NCBI GenBank assembly: GCA_964016885.1
Contig: OZ024746.1
Span: forward strand, 93,992,001-94,056,000
DNA length: 64,000 nucleotides
From: Eledone cirrhosa
Taxonomy: Eukaryota
Direction of reading: 5' to 3'
The translations under genes and the position numbers were made by a program. Positions 54,833 to 64,000 of the stretch are shown piece by piece. Numbering within the stretch: position 1 is the stretch's first letter; each line of letters starts with the position of its first letter. The notes beneath the pieces were generated by a model. That model had not been told where the DNA came from. It worked only from the letters and a program-made list of their open reading frames with translations, and ran no database searches.

Positions 54833-55087
54833 GTAGATTATATTTATATATATATATATACCTTATATATATATATGTATATATATATACATATATATAG
54901 ATTATATTTATATATAGATACATGTATATGTATATATATGTATATATATATATGTATATATATATGTATATATATAATGTATATATATAATGGATTTATA
55001 TAGTATATATATATAATGTATATATATATAATATATATATAATGTATATGTATGTATATATACATATATGTATAAATATATATATAC

Positions 55088-55134
<47 letters not shown>

Positions 55135-55160
55135 GTATATATATATATACACACATATAT

Positions 55161-55643
<483 letters not shown>

Positions 55644-56509
55644 ATATGTGTATATATACATTATATATATATATACATATATACAGTATATATATATATA
55701 TATATGTGTATATATACATTATATATATATATACATATATACAGTATATATATATGTATATATACATTATATATATATATATACTATATATATGTATATA
55801 TACATATATACAGTATATATATATATATGTATATATACATTATATATATATACTATATATATATATATATACATATATACATCATATATATATACTATAT
55901 ATATATATACTATATATATATACATATATACAGTATATATATATATGTATATATACATTATATATATATATACTATATATAATATCTATGAAGACACAAA
56001 AGTTCGTTAACGATAAACGTCATACTTTCTAAATATCTTTCCGACATATTGATTCAGTTGGGTTTCTACCTCCCCCTCCTCTCACTCCCCCTTTCACTCC
56101 ATCTCCCTCCCTCCTCACCCTCCCTCCTCTCTTTCACCCCCTCTCACCCTCCTCTCTTGATTCAGTTCGGTTTCTACCCCCCCCCCACTCTCATCCCTCT
56201 CACCCCTCACCCCTCACCTCCTCTCTCATCCCCTCTCTCTCACTCCCTCTCTCTCACCCCCTCTCTCTCTTGATTCAGTTGGGTTTCTACCTACCTCCTC
56301 CTCCTCTTACTCACCCCCCCCCTCTCTCCACTCTCATGATTCAGTTGGTTTAACCCCCCCCTCTCTCTCTGTCCCTGTTTCTTCGCTTATGTTCGCTTAT
56401 GGTCGCTTATGTTCATTATTGTAAACAATAATGAACATAAGCGACCTCCAACCTTAGCGTCTTCATTTGAAACCTGTCACAGAATTTCTTTTTTTAGAAA
56501 CCTAATAAT

Positions 56510-56687
56510 TATATTCTACTTTTGGCACAAGGCCAGCAAATACTCAGTGTATTACTGGTACTTTATTTTATCGACCTCGTAAGGATGAAAGGCAAAGTTA
56601 ACCTCGGCGGGAGTTGAACTCAGACCATAAAGGGCCATAACTCTATGCTGCAAAGCATGTTGTCCGACCCTCTACTGATACTGCCAA
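56510..56687 (-). mobile_element. tRNA-derived SINE (major family)
   Basis: Reverse copy. Confidence 0.85.
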
Positions 56688-57108
56688 ATTCTAACTTTAC
56701 CTTCTCTTTTTTCCCCTTTCTTTTAACATCTTATCTCTCGCTTCCTTCCCCTCTCTGACTCTCTCTCCTCTGCCCTCATACTTTCTTTATCTTTCTCCCT
56801 CTCTAGCACCCACCCCTCATAGTTTTTTTATCTATCTCTCCCCTCTCCACCCCTCATACTTTTTCTCTCTCTCCCCCTCTCTCTCTCTCTCTCTCCCATC
56901 CTCATACTTTTCTCTCTCTCCCTCTCTCTCCCACCCTCATAGTTTTTCTATCTCTCTCTCCCTCCTTCCCACCCTCATACTTTTCTCTCTCACTCCCTCT
57001 CCACCCCTCCCTCGCCCATACCTTTATCTCTCTAACTCTGTCTCCGTCTTTTTCTGTTTGTTTCTCTTTGTTTTTTTTCTTTTGTTTCCCCCGTTCCTTC
57101 CTCATACT

Positions 57109-57141
<33 letters not shown>

Positions 57142-57150
57142 TCGCTTTCT

Positions 57151-57205
<55 letters not shown>

Positions 57206-57436
57206 CTCTCTCTCTCCCTCTCTCTCCCTCTCTCTCTCTCTCTGTGTGTCTCTCTCTCTCCCTCTCTCTGTTTCTAGTTATCTCAATTTCTTCTTCTTCT
57301 TCTTCTTCTTCTTCTTGTTCTTCTTCTTCTCCTCCTTCTCCCCCCTCTCTCTCCCCCTTAACCATTCATATTAATCTAATCATCAAACTACATCCCGTCA
57401 TACGTATTTTTATCTATGAACTCTTAACATCCTGTA

Positions 57437-58109
57437 CCACATAAAACCACATTAGCACGACATTCTTGAAAAGTACAAAACAGCACTACGACTGCATCAC
57501 ACGGAAAAAAAATTCTATTTTAATATTGCAAATTTTATAACGATCTGTCAACTTGTGAAATACTATAAATATTTAATACAAAACTGCACAGTGGCTGCAT
57601 CACATTAAACATTAAAGACGTTAGTCTAATACTATCATTTTTCACAACAGTCTGCCTACTAGTAAAGATACTACAAACATTTAAAACAAAAAACACTATA
57701 ACTGCATCACATTAAACATTTAAGCATTTAGTCTAATCTGAAATTTTTCCACAATAATCTACCTACTGGTAAAGATACTATAAACATTTGAATTAACAAA
57801 CCACATGAAACCACATTAACAAGACATTCTTTAGAAGTACAAAAGAGCACAGTGTCTACATCATATTAAAAATTAATGTCTTTACACTAATGCTACAAAT
57901 TTTCACAGTGATTTGTCCAGTAGTAAAGATACTATAAGCAGTTGAATTAACGAACCACATGAAACCACATTAACAAGACATACTTTAGAAGTACAAACAG
58001 TACAATGACTACATCATATTAAAAAAGAATGTCTTTACACTAATGCTGTAATATTTCACAGTGATTTGTCCAGTAGTAAAGATACTAATAACATTTGAAT
58101 TAACAAACC
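57437..58109. repeat. Diverged tandem repeat, five units of about 108-154 bp
   Basis: Recurring ct.catca.attaaa...gtaaagatacta.aa.cattt; long units add ccacatgaaaccacattaacaagaca. Confidence 0.85.
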
Positions 58110-58643
58110 TGTTTTAAAATATTTTCTGCTAAATCATCGCAGGATGTTAAGAGGCAATGTATTTCCCGGCGCCGAAGTCGCTACGTTTTTGGTTGTCAAA
58201 ATTACACTGCGTCCTCAAGAAAGCAGCGTCTTCGGCGCCGAGAAATGTGGTAATTATTTTTTTCTTTCAATTATTTTCACATCTTGGATGCATTACTGTC
58301 ATGGTTTGATCCCTTCTGAACCATATTTTGGGTCTAGGGACACGCAATCTTTGTACGTCCATCCTACGCCTCCTAGGACACGTCGCAGGTCCATCGCCAG
58401 ATTTTGCGGCATGAAATGGAGACTGCAATACATTTTTTGGACAAGTCCCTCTACCTAAGGACAGAACGCGTCCCCTGTGAACCCGACCCGCGTGAAGGAC
58501 GATTTACTATGGTTCTTTTTCGTACTTCTCACCATATTGCAGTTTTGGAGGTCCTATTCGGGAATATTAGAATATTAAATGAAACTCTGTCAACGACTGT
58601 TACAATTCTAGTGGTTATAAAGAAAAATATCAGAATATAATAC

Positions 58644-60559
58644 AGGGAGGAGTGCGGGACTGCGTCCTGAATATATTCTTTAATCCCGTTTGTAAAATAA
58701 GTTAGATTACTTTGAATAAACCATGAAATAATATTATGTAATTTATCTACTAAATTTCGTAGCTGTTGATTAAACATAAATATTCTTATATATAATGATT
58801 GCTTATTTTAAGATTCACTTCTTTAAAATTTTAAAATGTCAACACTTCCGGTTAGCGTCCGTTATATCATAACACTTATCACATAGCTTATATAAACGTT
58901 CATATATTTGCATCATCATATAAGGTTTATTTAGGTTGCTAATTTTCTCCATTTTCGTTTTATAACATTCTAGTTTATTATATATATATGGTATATATAT
59001 AATATCGTCTTTTTAAAATGTATCATGGATTACTTTACTGATTACAGAAGACAGTGTAACACAGTCTCTCTTCAATTTCTATGCATATTGTCAATTACGA
59101 TTTTATTTGACATATCATATCTACATGTATATATATTTGCGTATAATATCAATATGCACACTATATACACTAGCAGAAAAAGCACCCTTCTGGTGGTTTT
59201 TCTGCTAGTTTATATAATGTTGGTTCATATTTTGTAAATATTACTATATCCATATGTAGTGTATAAAATCTAGTTAGCTGACAGAACCAAACACGACAAA
59301 CTATTTACAAAGAGGATTTATTTTCCGAACGAAATGTAAACTCCAATGTTGGACCTCCATCGGTTACGACGATGAGTGTCGCAATTAATTGATCAACGAG
59401 ACCGGGATAATCACCGGACTGACGAGACTTGGGGCTTAAGACAGATTGTTTACGTACACTAGCAGAAAAACCATCCTTCGAGTGGTTTTCTGCTAGCCTG
59501 TGTAGTGTGTATATTGATATTTTACGCAAGTATATATACATGTGGATATGATACGTCAAATAAAATCGTAATTAACAATATACACAGAAATTGAACGAAG
59601 ACTGCGTTACACTGTCTTATGTAATCAGTAACGTAATCCATGATACATTAAATAAGACGATATTATATATAAACTGCATTAGGAGAAAATTAGCGACGAA
59701 ATATATAACGATCCAAATATGAACGTTTATATAAGCGATGAGTGTTACAATATAATTGTTTCTACTTTTGGCACAAGGCCAGCAATTATGCCAGTGTATT
59801 ACTGGTACTTTATTTTATCGAGCCGTAAGGATGAAAGGCAAAGTTAATCTCGGCGGGATTTGAACACAGAATGGCAAGAGTCGTAACTCTATGCGTCAAA
59901 GCATGGCGTCCAACCTTCTACCGATACTGCCAATCCGACGCTAACCGGAAGTGTTGACATTTGAACATTTTAGAGAAATGAATCTTAAAATAAGCAATAA
60001 AATTATTTAGATTTAATCAACAGCTACGAAATTTAGGAGATAAATTATGTAATATTCATTCATTATTTATTCAAAGTAATCCAACTTATTTTAGGATGAA
60101 AGGCAAAGTTAACCTCGGCGGGATTTGAACTCAGATCGTAAAGGGACGTAACTATGCTGGAAAGCATGGCGTCCGACCCTCTACCTATATTGCCAATCCA
60201 CCACCCTCTATACCATATATATATAATAAACTAGAATGTTATAAAACGAAAATGGAGAAAATTAGCAACCTAAATAAACCTTATATGATGATGCAAATAT
60301 ATGGATGTTTATATATGTTATGTGATAAGTGTTATGATATAACGGACGCTAACCGGAAGTGTAGACATTTGAAAATTTTAAAGAAGTGAATCTTAAAATA
60401 AGCAATCATTATATATAAGAATATTTATATTTAATCAACAGCTACGAAATGTAGTAGATAAATTACATAATATTATTTCATGGTTTATTCAAAGTAATCT
60501 AACTTATTTTACAAACGGGATAAAATATATATTCAGGATGCAGTCGCGCACTCCTCCCT
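58644..60559. repeat. Large compound inverted repeat with nested SINEs (59752-59937, 60093-60205)
   Basis: 58644-58995 is inverted at 60209-60559; 58695-59209 is also inverted, more diverged, at 59459-60092. Confidence 0.9.
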
Positions 60560-61581
60560 TCGTTATCTTATGATTTAGAGACCTGTTATTCATTTGTGTA
60601 GCCTTACCACGCTCTGTTTCACGCTGAATCCCCCTCAAGTCTACACAAGCAATTATTTCAGTTAATCGAACAACTGCAATATTCATCGTCGGAGTAGATG
60701 GAGATCCATGTACTATATATGTTTGTAATTATTTGTATATCGATTGATCTGTGTACGTGTGCGTGATTATATGTATATTGATCGATCTCTGCATATATAG
60801 GTGTGTGTGTATGTGTGTATGCATGTATGTATGTGTGTATGTGTGCGTGTATGTATCTATGTATGTGTGTATGTATGTATGTGTGTATGTATGTATGTGT
60901 ATGTATGTATGTATGTGTGTGTGTGTGTGTGTATGCATGTATGTGTGTATGTATGTGTGTATGTGTGTGTGTGAGTGTGTATGTATGTATGTGTGTGTGT
61001 ATGTATGTGTGTATGTATGTATGTATGTATGTACGTGTGTATGTATGTGTGTATGTATGTTTGTATGTATGTGTGTATGTATGTGTGTATGTATGTATAT
61101 GTGTATGTATGTATGTGTGTATGTATGTATATATGTATGTGTGTATGTATGTATGTGTGCATGTATGTATGTATGTGTGTATGTATGTATGTATGTATGT
61201 ATGTATGTATGCAAGTAAGTATGTGTGTGTGAGTGTGTGTGCCTGATTAACTTGCTGCAGTGAGGTTGATTAGTACATTGGAGGAGTGGGAGAGAGGCAG
61301 AGGGAGAGAGAGAGAGAGAAAGGAGAGAGAGAGGGGGGGAGTTAGAGGTGTGGGGTGGTGCAGTTAAAAGTGTGGGGGTGGGAAAATCATAATCAATAAT
61401 ACCAATGAACAGAAATGATGATTGCTGAGATGGGGGGGGGGGTAGCAACAGAATAAGATGTATTGAAACAAAACTATAGACCGTGTGTGTGTATATACAC
61501 ACACACTAATATATATATATATATACATACATATATATATATATATATGTATATATATTTATACACATATATATATATATA

Positions 61582-61654
<73 letters not shown>

Positions 61655-61767
61655 ATATATGCATATATGCATATATATATGTGTGTGTTTAAATATATAT
61701 ATATATGCAAATGTATATATAAATATCGCTCTCTATATACATACATATATATATACACATCTATATA

Positions 61768-61798
<31 letters not shown>

Positions 61799-61846
61799 TA
61801 TATACATACATACATATATATATATATACATATATATTTGTAAATA

Positions 61847-61904
<58 letters not shown>

Positions 61905-61956
61905 AATATATATGCATACATACCCCCCCCACACACATATATATATATATATATAC

Positions 61957-62014
<58 letters not shown>

Positions 62015-62184
62015 CGTATATATATATATATGTATATATGAGAGTGTGTGTGTGAGAAGTCTAACGTTTCTAGAGTAGGTATTTAGGTAAAAGATTTGAG
62101 GTCGACCATTGTCTGGGTAGAACTAGTGAGGGGCTGGAATTGACAATACTTGAAATACCTTATCAATAAGCAAGGACCTAAATA

Positions 62185-62241
62185 GAACAACAACAACAGC
62201 AGCAACAACAACAACAGCAGCAACAACAGCAACAGCAACAA

Positions 62242-62272
<31 letters not shown>

Positions 62273-62556
62273 AGCAGCAACAACAACAACAACAGCAACA
62301 GCAACAACAGCAGCAACAACAACAACAACAACAGCAGCAGCAGCAACAACAACAACAACAGCAACAGCAACAACAGCAGCAACAACAACAACAACAACAG
62401 CAGCAGCAACAGCAACAACAACAGCAGCAACAGCAACAACAACAACAACAACAACAGCAACAACAACAACAACAACAGCAGCAGCAGCAACAACAACAAC
62501 AACAACAACAACAGCAGCAGCAGCAGCAACAACAACAACAACACCAGCAACAACAA
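62185..62556. repeat. (CAA/CAG)n compound trinucleotide tract
   Basis: Direct inspection. Confidence 0.95.
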
Positions 62557-63698
62557 CTAAGCAATCAAATCAACAATGATGGCAACGTTTTACCGCCATT
62601 GATTTTAATGATTTCGGCAGATCAATATCTTGATTGATTTACACAATATAACTTCTGCTTTTTTTTTCTTTTGTTATTGCTTTCCGTTGTTGTTGCTGCT
62701 GTTGTTGTTGTTGTTGTTGTTGCGTTTGTTGTTGTTGTTGTTGTTGTTATTATTGTTGTTGTTGCTGCTGTTGTTGTTGTTATTGTTGTTGTTGCGGTTG
62801 TTGTTGTTGCTATTATTATTGTTGTTGTTGTACTTGCCTCTGATGCCAAGCAGTGTGATTGAACCTGGGTCTTCATGATAAGTAGAAACGATCTTAAAAT
62901 GTGAACATTGCAGAGCAATCTGAATCCTGTGGGTGGTTCAGTTTTATGTACTGGTGTCATTTTGTGAAGGCTCGTGGCTTAGGGGTTAGGGAGATCGGCT
63001 CACGATCGCTCTGTGTCCTTGAGTAAGACACTTTATTTCACGTTGATTCAGTCCACTCAGCTGGCAAAAGCTACTTGTACCTTCAAGGCCAAAACAAAAT
63101 CAACAACAACAATGAAACTATTAATATTAACACCACCAAAACCAATATCGACAACAACAACAAAATCAACAATAACAATAACATCAACTGCAACAACAAA
63201 ATCATCAACATCAACGACAACAGAACAATAAAAACACCACCACCACCAACAACAACAAAAATCAACAAGTACTACAGCTATCTCGTCAACAAAACGAACG
63301 GACAGGAAACAATGAAGCTATATGACCCCTTAAAAAAGAATAGATACTAATTATTTAGGCTAGCAAGCCTGAACAGACAAATAAAGAAATAAGTGTGAGG
63401 AAACCGGGGTCTCTACTTCAAAGATGATATCCCTTTAAACCATGCTGGAGATTCTACTTCAAATGTGATAACTTCTTAAAACCTTACTCCACTTTCTTCT
63501 TTAATTAGTTAGATTAGTAAAATAATCCTTCTTAACGATTCGACTGGATGAATTTGAAACACGTGCTCCGAAACAAAAGAAGTTAAAGTACAATTCTTCC
63601 TTTTTTTATAAAAGAAGGTGAAAAGAACATCTATGAGCCTTGAACTTCTGATGGCATTGTAGGGCCACCTTCTTAGATATTTAAACCTGATAGAGCCC

Positions 63699-63759
<61 letters not shown>

Positions 63760-64000
63760 GGTTTGAGAACAACATATTTCTTCCAGAGAAAGAAAGACAA
63801 AGAGAAAGTGAAAAAATAGAGTAAGATACAGGAAGAATCAATTCTAATATTGGACTGTTACTTTTTATTTATCACCCTAAAAAAGAGTGAATAGCAAAGG
63901 TAGACTCGAGATTTGAACTGCGAGAGCCAGATCAAATACTGTGAAGTATTCTATCGGACTTTTGGCAAAGGTAGACTCGGGATTTGAACTTCGAGAGCCA

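Noticed and set aside
62083-62564. PolyQ/polyL/polyC ORFs
   Set aside because: (CAA/CAG)n tract without flanking coding sequence.

Overview
This window is repeat-saturated eukaryotic DNA. The SINE repertoire and microsatellite load suggest a cephalopod, probably an octopod (inference). I can support no intact host gene; almost all track ORFs are (TA)n/(CA)n/(GA)n/(GGT)n artefacts. Recognisable content: about 20 tRNA-derived SINE copies; decayed RTE, CR1-like, CRE-like and L1/Tx1-like LINE fragments; a roughly 600-bp non-autonomous RTE derivative in several copies; mariner, Helitron, pogo-like and hAT-MITE remnants; several minisatellites; and two Penelope-like element (PLE) remnants, a GIY-YIG fragment near 9.8-10.1 kb and a near full-length Naiad-type element at about 39.0-42.8 kb. 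The most notable hidden signal is RNA structure. By eye I find 18 type I hammerhead ribozyme (HHR) motifs with intact CUGANGA/GAAA/NUH cores, plus several degenerate or half motifs. They belong to at least seven short repeat families embedded in microsatellites, and most have a palindromic, dimer-type helix III. Several families are repeatedly truncated or folded back inside helix II, giving DNA palindromes. All folds are manual and untested, and coordinates of diverged repeats are approximate.
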